Source: Felis catus
Taxonomy: Eukaryota
NCBI RefSeq assembly: GCF_018350175.1
Contig: NC_058368.1
Span: 1,550,001-1,614,000 of the forward strand
Reading direction: 5' to 3'
DNA: 64,000 nucleotides
In this document: positions 13,010-27,538 of the stretch, piece after piece
Layout of the letters: each line of letters starts with the position of its first letter
Position numbering within the stretch: position 1 is the stretch's first letter
Translations under genes and position numbers: made by a program
The notes under the pieces: generated by a model
Database searches by the model: none
Told to the model about the DNA's origin: nothing
What the model saw: only the letters and a program-made list of their open reading frames with translations

Positions 13010-13570
13010 TGTCAGCGTCTTCAGCCAAAGAGCACCAGGAACACACATACACTGGGGCGGCTCAGGTTCGTTACTCACTGCAGTGAGGGAGAGTGCACAC
13101 CAGGGGGAGCCGTGGGGTATCAGTAAGGGTGTCTGAGGGCACCGAGAGCAGATGTGAGCTTGGGTGGGGGGATTCGGAAGAGGATCTGAGGGTCTGAGTT
13201 CACTGGATTGGATGCTGTGAACTCAGCGAAGGCAACGTGAGGATTGAGTGTCTCCACAAACATAAATATCTGCAGGGCAGACTAAATGGAAGATAAAGGT
13301 GTAATGGGCAAAGAAGTGACAGTCGTTCATTTTAGCCAAGACTCAGCGTCTGTGGGTTTGCACGGTGCCCTCGTTCTTGTCTGTGCTTAGACAAATTTAA
13401 AACGTGGTCTTGCTGTGTGGTCTTGCTGTGTCGCATTCTCTCATGGTCTAAGAGTGACCTTGTCTGGGGTGGGTGTTCTTGAGACTCCTTATGTCCAACA
13501 GGAGAGTGCCACGGCCTACCCGTGAGGACCCGCCAGCTCCAGACGTCAGGGGCTGTGTTTCTGTTGTTTT
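13010..13570. mobile_element. Probable ancient LTR remnant
   Basis: Overall resemblance to ERV LTR consensus sequences; family not determined. Confidence 0.4.
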
Positions 13571-14607
13571 GTCTTTTTTTCTTTCTTAAAGCTATGCACC
13601 TGTATTTTAACTACAAACTGAGGACCAAATTGCTACTGTTACTGGGAGGAAAAAAAAGATATGCTGAAATGCAAACAGATTTCTTTATTTTAATTAACAA
13701 AAAGAAGCTTCCTGGCAAAGGTAAATGAGTCAACAAATGATCCGGCAGATTCAAAGTCTCTCCTGCTTCTGGGTCAGCAAACAGAAAAACGCCATGGCGG
13801 GCCATCACCACACCTGGGATCTGAACCCGAATCTGTTTCAAGGAGAGGGAGAATCTGAGATGACTGGCATACAGATAATTTGGAAGGTCTGTAATATATC
13901 AGCTTTAAAAAATCTACCTTAAAATTGGGCCAGAAAATGGCTACCTTATTCCGCAGGATCCTAAGGACACACATGCGGAAGGCCCCCCTCGGAACAACTC
14001 CATGTTGGGAACTGAATAACCCGACCACCACCCCCAATTAGCAGGCATTCGAAAGTATTTCTACATGCAACACATTCCTTGAAGTAGAGGTTTATAAAGT
14101 TACTGAAAATATACAAAACAAGGTCTGTTTCTTAGCCAGTTCAAGAAATTTGTATTCGTTGTATATAATAGCGCGTGGTGTTTTAACAACAGGTTAGAAA
14201 TCTATGATTTGTAAGTTTGATAAGCTAACATCAAGAAAACGGACTTAAATGCCAGAAAATAGTACCTTACACGCCATCGAGGGAAACGTATAAAGAGTTA
14301 CCAGAAAAAGTTACTCTACTAAGATAAGGAAAAGCAAATATTTACCTGTTCTAGAAGCTCCTGTTCCTGTGACCATGTACCAGTAGTGTCCCCAAACCTC
14401 CCTGAACACAGTCTGTGTTCTTCATTCAAACAACAACGGTGAGGAGAGCACCATGTGATCCAAAGATCATTTATTTTTCACTTCATGTTTTTGTTCCATT
14501 TTTCGGAAGTTTTAGAGTTACATAAGTCTGTAAATATACTAAAACCATTTACTGTATACTTTAGAAGAGTCAGGTGTGTGGTATATAAATTCTATCTCGA
14601 TAAAGCT

Positions 14608-15112
14608 GATGTATTTGTTTCTTGTCGCTTCTGTGACAAATTACCACAAACTTAGTGGCTTAAACAATACAAATTTATTACCTTACGGTCCAGGGGTCAG
14701 AAATCTCAAGTAGACTAACATCCAAGTTCCACAAGGCTGCAAATCTCAAGTAGACGAACGTCGAAATATCAGCAAGGCTGAGTTCCTTCTGGAAGCTCTA
14801 GAAGTGAATCTGTTCGATGCGTCTTCTAGTTCCTAGAGCACACCCCCCCCTTTCCTTGGCTTTGTGGTCCTCTTCCATTTCACAGCCTGCAATCTCACTA
14901 CCAACCTCTGCTCTGTCATCGCACCTCCTTCTTTGACTCTCCTGACTATTTTTTCCTAAGAACGAGCCTCGTGATTACACTGAACCAATCTGGATAATCT
15001 CCCACATGCATACCCTGAACTTAATCACATCTGGTCTCCTTTGCCACGTATGGTAACACATTCCCAGGTTCCAGGGATGAGGACCTGGGAGAAGCAGTGT
15101 TCTGACTACCAC
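14608..15112. mobile_element. MaLR (MLT1-type) solo LTR
   Basis: tgtatt...gtgacaaattaccacaaacttagtggcttaaacaa...ctaccaca; carries an internal ~40-bp duplication at 14701-14780. Confidence 0.75.
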
Positions 15113-15144
15113 ACTTATTAACAAAACAAAAACAGAAACAAACA

Positions 15145-15370
15145 AGGGGCACCTGGGTGGCTCAGTCTGTTAAGCGTCAGACTCTTGATTTTGGCTCAGG
15201 TCATGATCTCACGGTTTGTGGGTTCGAGCCCTGCATAGGGCTCTGCACTGACAGGGTGAAGCCTGCTTGGGATTCTCTGTCTCCTTCTCTCTCTGCCCCT
15301 CCTTTCTTGCTTTCTCTCTCTCTCTCTCTGTCTCTGTCTCTCTCAAAAATATATAAACTTTAAAAAAAGC
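15145..15370 (+). mobile_element. CanSINE
   Basis: Head with A/B boxes, CT tract. Confidence 0.9.
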
Positions 15371-17215
15371 TTTTAGAATAGAGTATGTAATGTAGATAGA
15401 ATTCCTGTACAATTACTGTCCAAAACTGTGCTTACAGAACAGAGAGCACTTGCCCATTAAAGCTGCCTCACATCAGATAACTAGGTTATGCTTGGCTCTC
15501 TGTACTTTGCAGACGTTATTCCACCATATTCAGAAATTCACTGGCTGTTGAAAAGCTGTTGTCAATCTGTCGTTCCTTCGTGGGCAGTCTCTCCTTTCAC
15601 TCTCTCACTGCCTTTAAGACTTTTCTGATGTTCCTTGGTGTTTTACAGTTTCACTGTGAGGTATGTAGATATAGATACCCTTCCTATTTCTCCTGCTTAG
15701 GACACTCTGTTCTTCCAGAATATGAGGGTCCATGTCTTCAACTGAAACGAAGTCTCAATCATTACATCTTCATAAATTGTTTTTCCCTATTCTCCTTAAC
15801 CCTTTCAGACCTCTAAGGAGATCTATGTTAGACAGTCTCTCTGTATCCTCCATATTTCTTAACTACTCTTGTCACATATTACCTCTATCTCCGGAACCGC
15901 ATGCCAGATAGTATCTTCAGATCTGACTTCCGGGTTACTATGCTCATAAAACCTCGTCTCTCGTGTGTTGGGGATTTTTAGTTGTGAGCAGATGTCCACT
16001 GAACCCTGCGGGAATTCTCTGAGCCTTTGTTTAAGGTACATTATCCTGGAGATGGGACGTATTTGCTTCGGGCAGGCACTGAAGGCACCACTAACCAAGG
16101 GACCAATGTGAACTGTTGGGCTGGAATGTTTAAGTCCACACGGGAAGATGAATCCAGGCTCCGACTGTTAGAGAGCTTGTCTGTGGCTGTAAATCCTCAG
16201 AGAAACGCTTTCTCCCCTCCACCCAGAACCATGGCCAGGAGAGACAAGCCCCCACGTGTGGGTTAGTTTCCTACTCCTCTCAGCAACAATGTAGACCTCT
16301 GGAAACCAGCTTCCCGTGGGGGTCTCCAATCTGATCCCCATCTTGCTCAGACTAAGGTGTGCTGTTAGAACCAAAGCAAGACTGGCAAGTAGTTTACTTA
16401 GAGCAGCCGTGACTCTCACATACCTCTTGGGATCTGTGCTCCCCAATCTGGCCTCTGAAAACTGCCATTAGTTTCTTGCCAGCTCAGCTATGCATTATAA
16501 ACTATACATTTACTCAATACTTGTAAGTATTTTGAAGTGAGAAGGGTTTCTAGGATGCTTACGTTACCGAATTGCCAGAAACTAAACCCTAGACTGTTTC
16601 TTTGAGATTTAATATTCTTAGGTATTAGGCACATTTTATACACTTCATGAGAAAGGAGAAATACTGACCATATCATTTCAGCAATAAGTTATTCAATGTG
16701 AATATGATCTCTACTATACACATAATTTATAGCACATAATCACTAACTGATTACATCATGGTTCCTGTTCATATGTATAGAAAAGAAAAACAATACTGAT
16801 GTTTTTGAGTTACCACTGCTAAGGCCTAATCTTCTGTTTCCCAGTTTTACCCATTTGGAAAAACATACACATGTTTATATTATTTATATACAAAATAGTA
16901 TGTATATGTTATTATAAGAATATTCTATATTTATACATATATAAATAATACCTAAATCCACCTGAATCCAACAAGTTTAGGCTTAAAAATAATATACTTC
17001 TGAAATGCATCAAAACGCAAAGCACGTTTCCGTTTCATTTAATCTAGCTTATTCCCTCTGATACTTCAGAAACTGAGGCCCAAACTGGCTACATCACTCA
17101 AAGATATAAAGTGCTAGCAGCATGCGGGATGGAAGCGGGTCTTCTGACTCCTTCTCGCAAAAGCACACAGAATAGGAGCCACTGCCTCTTCCTCACTCCT
17201 ACTAGACCACGATGG

Positions 17216-17246
<31 letters not shown>

Positions 17247-19339
17247 GACCCTGTCTGGTGGGAATTGTTATTTGTAGAATTAATGGGCACAGTGCATTGG
17301 CTTAAATTTTGAAAATCGAAGGTCGACAATATACTGGAGAAAACAAAGAGTTTGCATCCACTCCCTCCCTCGTGAATGCTGCTGAGCTTGAACTTAGACT
17401 ACCGGGCTCCCATCGTCCCTTCAGGGAGCCCTGGTGTACCTAGCACACCTACCATCTCCTTCCAGGATGTTGTTACCAACAGGTGTGCCAGGCTGACCTA
17501 TGGCCCGGCTCGAGTTCAGCCCACTGAGTGCCTGTGCCACCGGTACATGGCCCATCCATCAACTCATCCCTCATGGCGGTTTGAATGAAGACCCACGAAG
17601 TAAGTTGGTCAAAGGTCGGTGGAGCCCACAGTAGAGTCACTGCAATGGTGAGTTTTAGAAAGGCAGGACCTCAGACAAGGACCTGCTATGAAACAATCCT
17701 CCCCAGAACCGCTGAAAGTTACCAGAGCTGTTGTCTGACTGTCAGAAGCTCGGGTGTCCCTGAACAATGTCCCATTTCTGCAACAGTGATGGAGCTGCAG
17801 AGACAGTTCCCAGTATCCCTTGCTTCCTTGAAGAGCCTTGCAATAAACATCCACCAACAGATATAATCTGGATGCCTCAATCCTTATAAACTGAAAGGGC
17901 CTCGCGTCTATTTTGTTCAGAAATTTGACAGATAGGATGGAGAAAATTATACCATATCTAAACTGCTTGGTTTTAAACTGTATGATTTATATAAATTAGA
18001 CCTGCAGCAGTGGCTAAGCCTAGAAACCAATAACACTGATAAACAGTAACTACGTTGCCCATAAATATAACCAGAATAAAAATGTTCATATCTCTGAAAA
18101 ACTGTCTACAGCTAACAAACAAAAAAAAATCATTTCATTTAAATGTACTTGCTGTCACAGAGGAACAAGTGACAAATAAAATACAGTGCCCCTGTTCTTT
18201 TTCTGGAAAGACTTTCTTTCTGTAACTTATTTTTTAAAGTAAAAAAAAAAGTGGAAAGAATAATAAACATCCCCGCATTTCTGAGAATTAAAAACCACCA
18301 ATCCTGACATATGTGCTTTTCATTTTTTAAGTAAACAAAACACTGAAGTTCTTTTATCCACCAACCTCTTCTGTTGAACTCAGATGGGATTTTTAAATGC
18401 TAAACCCTGAAAACATAATGATTACCTATTTCATCATTTAGAGAATTATGTTTGAGAGGCTCACGTGCTCAAAACCACCTGCTTTAAGCATGAGAAAGCC
18501 AAAGCAAACTTTTGTCCTTTCTTCCCAATGTGCGGAGTCAGATTAGATCAAACGGATGGGACTACAAGAGTGGCTCTTGTCGCTTAGATGAGCTACTGTT
18601 CTGTAGAATTCCCAGGGACACCCCTATGAAGAAAGGAAGGAAAAAGAGACAGAAGGCAGGAGCCAGAACAGCCACACCAATGGCCTCATGCGGATTAGAC
18701 TCAGAGTGAAGAATCCATGTAAGTGATTTGGCCTCAAGGCCCTTTCTGCCCCTGGAAAAGACAGGAGCATGAGGGGAGAGACCTGGTCACACGTTAACCC
18801 CCTGGATGGCTGCAAACTCCAGGACCCCAAGAGCAAACCAGGTAAGACATTGGAGGAGCTTTTAGACATACTCAGACAATCCCTTACATGGTCTTCAAGT
18901 TCAAGAACTATGCCCACAAATCAAAACCAGCCATTTGGCAATGTTTTATCCCCGTTATTCTAGTTTTACATTGAATACTTTGGAAGAACTTAACACATAG
19001 ACAGCTGGAAAAGACAGGGCTCTCAGTGGGGTTTTCAGCAGCCTGACACACGCCAGAATGTTGCAACCTACACTATTTAATAGTTAAGAATGCACTTTGT
19101 TCAAAGCACTTTAGTAAGTGGCTGCGGCATACCAGTTCTACCTCTAGAGGTCAACCTAGCACCAGAAGTCAAAATATTTCCATCGTAACTTCAATGAAGT
19201 TAAATTTTTATTTAAAACTGGAGAAAACGAAGTGTTAACAATTATCACTGTACGGCAAAATATGGGTGGTTTTAATTTCTTCATATTTATACTTTTGAAG
19301 TTTTATTCAAGAGGAGCATTTATTAATTAGAAAAGATAA

Positions 19340-19990
19340 AAGACAATGGAGAAGTGGGAACCCTTGTATACTACCAGTGGGATTATAACATGTGCAGCTG
19401 CTATGGAAAACATTATAATGCTTCCTAAAAAAATTAAAAATGGAATTACTATATGACCCAGCAATCCCCCTTCTGGGTATATATTCGGAGGGAATGAAAG
19501 CAGGGACTTAGATATCTGTACATCCATGTTTACGGCAGCATTATGCACAAGAGCCAAAAGGTAGAAGCAATTCAAATGTCCACCAGTGGATGAAAAGATA
19601 AACGAAATGTGGTATGTACATACAATGGAATATTATTCAGCCTTTAAAAGGAAGGAAATCCTTTCACATGCTACAATAAATCTTAAGGACATAATGCTAA
19701 GTGAAATAAACCAGTCTCAAAAACACAGATATAGGATTCCACTTATGTGAGACGTCTAAAGTATCCAAATTCACAGAAAAAAAAAAGTAAAATAGTGGTT
19801 GCCAGGGGCTGGGAGGAGGGAAAATGGGAAGTTGTTGTTCAATGGGTACAGAGTTTCAATGTCGGAGGAGGAAAAGTTCTGGAGATTTGTTGCACAACAA
19901 TGTGAATGTACTTAACACTACTGAACTATACGCAGTTAAAATGGTTTTTAAAAAAGTAAATTTTGTTACTTTTTTGCCATAATTAAAAAT
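19340..19990 (+). mobile_element. Old L1 (L1MB-like) 3' end
   Basis: tatgacccagcaatccc...atggaatattattcagcc...ttgcacaacaatgtgaatgtacttaac. Confidence 0.85.
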
Positions 19991-20322
19991 AGAAATAATA
20001 TATTTTCTTTTTAAGTGATTACCGTGGCATTTAAATTGTGTTTGAACTTGATTCTTCTAGAAGGTAAAAGAGGGTAGAATTCATGCAAGAACTAAACTCC
20101 ATATGAACCAGAACTCAGAAATAAATTGTAAGGGACTAAAAGGCTTGTAGATTCTGTAGAATGAGTCAGAAAATCATTTTAGCCAGTGTCATCCCAGTTG
20201 ATTCATGTAATAACCTAGGCCTTGGACTTCTAATTACACACACTGGATAAAACATACATTTATCTCTGCTCCCTCCAAAAACCTCAATAAAACCAAACTA
20301 AAGGAATCTTTAAAAACTATAT

Positions 20323-20650
20323 GGGGAACCTGGGTGGCCCAATCAGTTAAGTACTTATCTGACCCTTGTCGGCTCAGGTCATGATCTCAAGGTTTGATGA
20401 TCATGATCTCAGGTCATGATCTCAAGATGGAGCCCCACATTGGGCTTTGTCCTGACGGTGTAGAGCCGGCTTGGGATTCTGTCTGTCCCTCTCTCTGCCC
20501 CTACCCGCTCACTCTTTCAATGTCCCTCTCTCTCAAAATAAATAAACTTTTATATATATACATAGATATATACATATAGATATATGGATATAGACAGATA
20601 CATAGACATAGATGACAATATAGATGGTGTAGATACAGACACAGATACAC
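20323..20650 (+). mobile_element. CanSINE with internally triplicated tcatgatctca, followed by a degenerate (ATAG/ATAC)n tail
   Basis: Direct reading of the sequence. Confidence 0.8.
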
Positions 20651-21534
20651 ACATAAATGCCCACAAAGTCAAAGACATCACAAAGTTACAATGGACAAAA
20701 GATCTAATTTTGTGGGAGACGGAAAAGAACACAAAAGTGGTATGGTAAATGACTTGATGGGGTAGAGAGAGCTGAGATTTAAGTGTGGGGAAAGGAAAGC
20801 CAATGAGAAGCAAGTCTCCCAAGAGACCGGGCAAAGGTCAGAATCTGCAGACACCAGATAGGACAGATGGCTGAGTAAGGAGCAAGAGCCAAAGAGTACT
20901 GAAGGTCAGAACAGCCTGGGAGCTAATGAATCTCCTCCCCTCCCCACTCGCAGAACTCACGAGACACGTTAGAGGCCGAGAGAGACGCCATGCTGCTGAA
21001 AACAGGGAGTTAAGATAAAGTGCACAAACTTTAGAACTCCCCCCCCCACCCCTCCACCCCCCCCCCCCACACACACACATATACACACGCACCTCCGGGC
21101 ACTTTCCTTTGATCAGGAACAACAGTGCCAGATGGAAACTGGCAGATTCTTTTCCGGGCAAACTGAAGAGTCCAAGAAAGGAGACGAGCAGACATGGATA
21201 CTTAGACACGGCACTGCCATTTCCTGTCCTCTAACCAGGCTCTGCCGCCCTGGCACGGAGGTCCACCTTGGACTTCCTGAGTGCCCCAGGGACCATGCTA
21301 ACTACACGCAGGCAGATCAAGTTGAAGCTCTACAAAATTCTTGTATTAAGTTAACTGCAATATGAAAATGGAGGAACACATGTCCAACAGTACAGCCCAT
21401 CTTCCACAGTGGGATACTAGGTGGACCCTAAAAATCATTCCTAATGTTTTTGAAATGGGAAATAAAGGGATAGAATACAAAAAAAAAAATTTATTAAAGA
21501 GTGGCCCCAGACCTTTTTTGCTTGACAGCACAGT

Positions 21535-21758
21535 GTTTTTTTTTTTAATTTTTTTAATGTTTTTATTTATTTTTGAGACAGAGAGAGACAGAGCATGAGC
21601 AGGGGAGGGGCAGAGAGAGAGGGAGACACAGAATCCGAAGCAGGCTCCAGGCTCTGAGCTGTCAGCACAGAGCCCGACGCAGGGCTTGAATTCATGAACT
21701 GTGAGATCATGACCTGAGCCGAGGTCGGATGCTTAACCGACAGCCACCCAGGCACCCC
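21535..21758 (-). mobile_element. CanSINE
   Basis: TSD acagcacagtgttttt at ~21525 and ~21760. Confidence 0.9.
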
Positions 21759-23119
21759 AACAGCACAGTGTTTTTAAGTCCTGAATACCTTCCACCAAAG
21801 ACCAGGTCCAATTTGCCGAAGGATCCACCTCTTTGCTACTTTACTCTCTCCCCTGGGTTACCAGCCCAACCCCCTTGCACACCTGAATTTGAAGACCTCT
21901 CAGCGAGTACGTAAGTTAAATGTACTACAGAAAGAAAGAGAACTCTCCCCATTCACCCCGCAGGACAGCTGGGGCTCTGATTGCCTCCACTGGCCCTGTC
22001 ACTGCACCCACTTCTCCCCCCTCGCCTGGGCACCCTGAAGTTCTCTTCCCTCGGGCTGGTGGTGACATTGGGACTGGGTGGGCGGGGAGATACTCAGGGG
22101 AGCAGAGGACCCACTAAGCCTCAAGTAGTGTTGATTTCACCAAAGCTTACACTTGAGTATCAAGCCTTGGCTCAGTTAACACGTGTACTTTGTTTGTCAC
22201 TGTTGGAAACCTCACAGGCGGACGACCAGACAAAGCAGAATTCGTAACATTCTTGAGTCCACCCCCAGTACCAAATAAGCCTTCACAGCCCTACTTTCAC
22301 TGTTAACACGTGTGTGTCCACATGCGCAGAAGCGTGCCAGATCAAGGTGTCAGCATGTCCTCAAAATGTTCAACAATACTCACTCTTATTCCTACCATTC
22401 AGAGACAGTCGAAATACTCTTATTTCTCCCCAATGTTCTGAATGTACAATTAGCATATATACCTTTTACAAATCAGATAAAGCAACACGACTTCTGTTTG
22501 GGAAGGGAAATAAATAATTGAAATGAAGCAATCATTTGAACTGTCCGAATGACAGCCAAGTGACAGCATGATCTGTGAACACATAGATAAGTCAAGTTGA
22601 ATGACCTGGCTGAACCCATAGCCCACTGGTGTGAACTTTTGGCATCAGGACCTCAGATCCCTTCTGAACTTTTCCATGGAGTTCGGTTTAGTCAACCCAC
22701 TCCCTGTCCCCCACTGCTACGAGGGTTTCAATTAAACCACCAAAGACAGGTTGTTGCTAGGATAGATGTCTCTCCATTTACTTTTTATTAACTGTCCTTC
22801 AATAACATTTTTTAAAAATTCTCCATGAATGTATTTCACATTCTTTTTATATTTATCCCTAGTTTGCTTACATTTTCTGTAGCAAATTTTTTACTGTTTT
22901 CAAACTATGTGTTGCCAACGTATAGAAATATAACTGGTTTTTTTTCAGCCTGACATATATTTTCCCCAGCCTTGGAGTTTTACCTACAAAATCTATGTTC
23001 AAATTTCACCTGATAATAGAGCATGTGCTATCAGTTCAGCTAGGCCTGCTCAACTTCTCCTGAAATCTCACGGCATGTTAATTATTACTCATACACTGCT
23101 GATCCATTTCCCTTGGTGG

Positions 23120-23240
23120 GAGTGAAAGGATAGTAAATATTTTAGGCTTCGTGGGTCATTTGGTCTCTGTTGCAACTACTCGTTGTAGAGTGAAAACAGA
23201 CACAGACAATACATAAACAAATGGGCACACCGTTTCCCAA
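23120..23240. mobile_element. MER58-like hAT-Charlie fragment
   Basis: gatagtaaatattttaggcttcgtgggtcat...gtctctgttgcaactactc. Confidence 0.6.
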
Positions 23241-23439
23241 AAGAAGTTCATTCACAGTACGTTCCCTTAAGACAGCAAAGGGACTGATAGTTTTCCATCA
23301 CTTCCCACAGAAGCAGAATTCCCTTGTAAAAGCTGTAAAAAGACAAAACCAGAACCCCTCAGAACCTAGAATCAGTACAGGACAGCAATCTAAGCACAGG
23401 AACCTGGCCAAGGTTTGGTATGTTGGTAATCTACCAATC

Positions 23440-23870
23440 TGCTGTCACAATCCTGGGAATCAGTAATTCTGGCTGCAGTCAGCTCAGCTCGTGCGTGACG
23501 CTGCAGTCGTGTGGCAGGTTAGCTAGGGGCTGTTGGTCGAGGATGGCTTCACTCATCTATCTAGGTGTCAGTGCTGGTGTTGGCTAGTGCCGGCTGACAG
23601 CTGGGCCACGTGTCTCTAGGGGGCCACACTGAACTGACCGACAGGATGAAGGATGGCAGGAAGGGTTCCCAGCAGCAAGTGAGGGTAAGTTCTCAATGCA
23701 CAGGAGCTTTCCAGGCCTCTGCTCGCATCGCATTTGCTCTCTGTCCCACTGGCCAGTGAAAGTCTGTGGCCAAACCCAGAGTCGGGCAGTGGGAGCAGCA
23801 AAGTCACAATACAAGGAGGTGTGCAGACAGGGATAGAAGCAGTTCATGGCCATTTTGTGATTACACTCAG
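23440..23870. mobile_element. MaLR (MLT1-type) LTR remnant
   Basis: gtcccactggccagtgaaagtctgtggccaaacccagagtc motif typical of MLT1. Confidence 0.55.
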
Positions 23871-26800
23871 CTATTCTAGCCAAAAGGTACACAGGAAAAC
23901 TAAAAGTTCCTTTCAAACCAGAACAGATCAATCCAGAGGAACCCAGATCAAAACTGAATTCAAGATATTTAAGCAAGTGTAGGGGTCGGGGTAGCAATTT
24001 AAACACATCCCCAGGAACCCAGTTATTAGAAATGCCTCAGTTCAGAGACAAGGAGTTCAGTTACTCAGGAGGCAGGAGTACAGGGCAGCTACCTGCTTTC
24101 AGGGATCACTTGTGGTGGTTTATTAAATCCTAATCTGTGTAGAAAGCAGATTCATTTGGGGGGGATTTGCATACGAGAATGACCATCTACAGGCAGTAAA
24201 GAGACGGCAATCCAGAAATTGTAAAGAGAAAGTTTATCAAAATATGATAGTGATTTCAGATTGGGACTCATGTAAAACAAGGCAGTCTGTCCTCTGCCTC
24301 AGAGTGGAGCGGTCCCTGAGATATCAACATGGCTCATGCCAGGCAGCCCTGGCCTGGTGATGGCGAGAATGGCCCGTCACTACGTGGAAATGATGCTGGA
24401 TCCAAATTCCAAAAAGTCATGTCCTGATCTAGGAGTCCATATTATAACTTTTACCTGATTATTGTTTTTCTCTTAAAATACATTCAGTCTCAGATTCTTG
24501 AGACCTAACACGTGCCGAACATCAGGCATACAATGGAAACCAAAAACCAAGTGGTAAAGCAGCAGCTAACGAGGTTTTCTGAGGTCAAGCTACCTTTCTA
24601 CTTTGAGATTTAAGTAAGTTTTAAGTTTCTCATTTTACCACTCTTAGAAAACAATTAGTCTTGCGTGACATCTTTTTAATTTTTTTTTAATTCTCCATGA
24701 TCTCTTGGTATGGCATGAGTCGTGATAACTCCTCTCATCTCCTAATGTTGTAACTTTAAAAAATAAATCAACTGCACCAGTTTAAGTTAATTTTTACAAT
24801 TTCAGAATCAAGATGTACAATTTCTACTCGTTTAAGATTAGTGTCTAATAAGTCTAACATAGAGTTTTCATGCAGAAGTAGTAAGATTTCAACCATGTAT
24901 TTCCTACTATAAGATGTTTGGAAGGATGGGACTATGGGAAGTGAGGCAAACAGCAAGGGTTGGACAGATGGTAGGGAGAGAGTGTACAAAAGACACGCCA
25001 AGAAGTACTTTCCGAGACTCTAGAAAAGGCTCCCATGACTCACTTAAAACAATTACTGAGCTGGTGCCCGGCTCTGGGGTCAAGAGGTGTGCATGTGGCT
25101 TCCTTCTGCGGCCGTCATGGCTAGCAGAGATCACAAACCACTTCAATAATGAAGGCACTGTGAGTATACTGCATAGTCTCAGTCCCCATGGAGCTCACCA
25201 CCTAGTGTGATGAATAAAGAACATAAACCAGTGGCATAAAAGGGGGCATGGTGGGCACAAACCATTTTGACCCATCAGTCAACTCAACCCAATCAGGAAG
25301 ATGCACTGTTTATACTTCTTGACAAAAAGGATCAAGTTGGCTTTCCTTACACTTGTGCCTCAGACGTGGTCAGGGACATTCTAGTCTCGGTTCCTGAACG
25401 TACTAGGACCACAGCCAAACACCCAGTGCTGTTGACGTGAGCTAACAGTCTCTGTGTGCTGAGTGACACGGTTGACTTACTGAAAGCAGCAGCAGTAATT
25501 CTTTTTTGACTGAAAAAGCACTGAAACTCACAACTCTTCTACTGACCAAGGTATATGCAAAAATAAGGTTTGGCCTCAATGCTCTTAACCTGGTCTCTGT
25601 GTCCAGGAAAGGAGCATCTGAAAATCTTGCTAAGTAAGGGAAGCAGCTGGCTTTACTTAGGTGATAAGACCAAAAATGTAGTCTTCCCTCGGAGGGCAAC
25701 ATGACACCATTCAACCTGATTTTCCTGCTACTATTTGCTAGTAATAATTCCAGAAGAAAAAGGTAGTCAGTCACAAGATACTCTGAGATCTCTACTTCCT
25801 GCCAAAGAAGTACAACCAGTTCTGCATATTTAAGTGAACTCAGAGTCACGTGTAGATGGGCTACAAAAACAAAGCTACTGCTATTGACAAAAGGACCGTG
25901 TGTACACTTAAGTTTTAGATATGCAAGAATTCAGATGTGCTTTTCTTTCATAAGGCTGCTAATAGCAATAAATTATTTTGGTTTTTTTGATGCAAAACTC
26001 TTACAAACTGGCTTTTAAAAGTTCAATCTAATCAGGCACCAATAATATTAAATAGTAGCCATGTATATTAGTCTTTTCAAAAAATAAACTATAAAGTAAG
26101 CACAGTCTTGTTACACGACTACAACTTTAGGTTGCACGCTCGCGGATATCCTCCAAGGAGAATACCTGCCTGAATGACACCATGTGTGAGACGGTCAAAA
26201 CTGTGTTCAGTGATGGTCATGTTGGGTGAAGAGGTCACGAATTAGGGCCCTTTCATCTTCCAGAACATTGTATTCGTTTGGAGCCTCCATCTTTGACCTC
26301 CCTCATTCTTGGCCTTTTTCTTTTGGTTCCTGTTTTTATTCTGCCCCCTGTGATTATTCCCAAAACTTAGCCCTCCCCCAAGCTTAGCACTCAGCCTATG
26401 TAAGTTCACCTACTCTGAGGCCTTTAACTATCACAGTTGTCACGGTTCATTTGAGTCCTGGCATCATTAGATCAATAGGTCGAAACACACTGCGGGACCT
26501 CCTGTTCCTAAAACGCAATGCCCACGCAGCTCCGGCTACCGCGTGCTGTGAGCCACCGCTGTCTGCCCGGGGACTACAGGGAGACCCAGACGTCCAGCCC
26601 CGTGGGACACAGCGAGGTAAGCTCACTCACTCACTCCGGCTGGAAGCCTCAGATGCCTGTTCAGCGACTCCACTCCCATCACACATCTTTACAACCCTAA
26701 GGGTCCTTTCCTCACCATCTGAGCTCCTTCCTCGGTCTTAATTTACGTCTCAGCCACTGCGGGTCTCTTTACCAGCTCCAAGGCACTGGAACAGCCACCA

Positions 26801-26911
26801 AAGGGAAGAATAAAATCACAAGTGTTTGAAGCCTTGAGAACATGATAACCAAGACCTCCTGAGAGCAAAAGAGCCGTGTCAAGTCCTCCCAGAAGGTGCC
26901 AGCTGACGTAC

Positions 26912-27019
26912 CTGATGTTTTCCAAGGCATTTGTTACCTGCTGTTGTTCAATATCATAGAGTTTCACCCTGAAGCCTCCACTGGCAAACAACATAGCCCA
27001 GCTTCGCCCGATGAGTCCA
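26912..27019 (-). CDS. CRYL1: CRYL1 coding exon 2 ([37 protein letters not shown])
   Basis: tttctctttag|TGGACTCATC...AACATCAG|gtacgt; 108 nt, phase 2 to phase 2. Completes the Rossmann GxGxxG motif (GSGLIG) and includes the acidic YDIE residue. Overlaps ORF 26743..26994. Confidence 0.97.
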
Positions 27020-27302
27020 CTAAAGAGAAAGAAAGTAAGAAAGGCTTCCAGTTAACTTAATGGAACAGTTTTTCATTCCCAACCCAGAATGAAATTTTTA
27101 AAATTATACAGCACCCTGTTCTAAAATACTTAATAATAGTTACACATTTTGATAGCTGTATTCATTGAAAACGTTGTATCTCTGTGTAGGAGCCCCTGAA
27201 TTCTCAACTCCAGTGTCGGCATTAATATTATGCCTGGCGCACTGCCAGATGTCAGGCAGTTACCATTAGTTCACACGCTGAAACGAACATTACAGTAGCG
27301 CA

Positions 27303-27472
27303 GGGCACCTGGGGTGGCTCAGTCGGTCAAGCATCCGACCGCGGCTCAGGTCATGATCTTGCTGTCCGTGAGTTCCGGCCCCGCGTCTGGTTCTGTGCTG
27401 ACAGCTCGGAGCCCGGAGCCTGCTTCGGATTCTGTCTCCCTCTCTCTCTGCCCTTCCCCTGCTCATGCTCGC

Positions 27473-27509
<37 letters not shown>

Positions 27510-27538
27510 TGCAAAGATAAATAAACATTAAAAAGAAA
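27303..27538 (+). mobile_element. CanSINE ~280 bp upstream (in transcript sense) of the exon 2 acceptor
   Basis: CpG-rich head, CT tract. Confidence 0.9.

Noticed and set aside
26743..26911. C-terminal part of the 83-aa ORF (YVSWHLLGG...)
   Set aside because: Intron read-through past the exon 2 donor; similarity to CRYL1 stops at ENIR.
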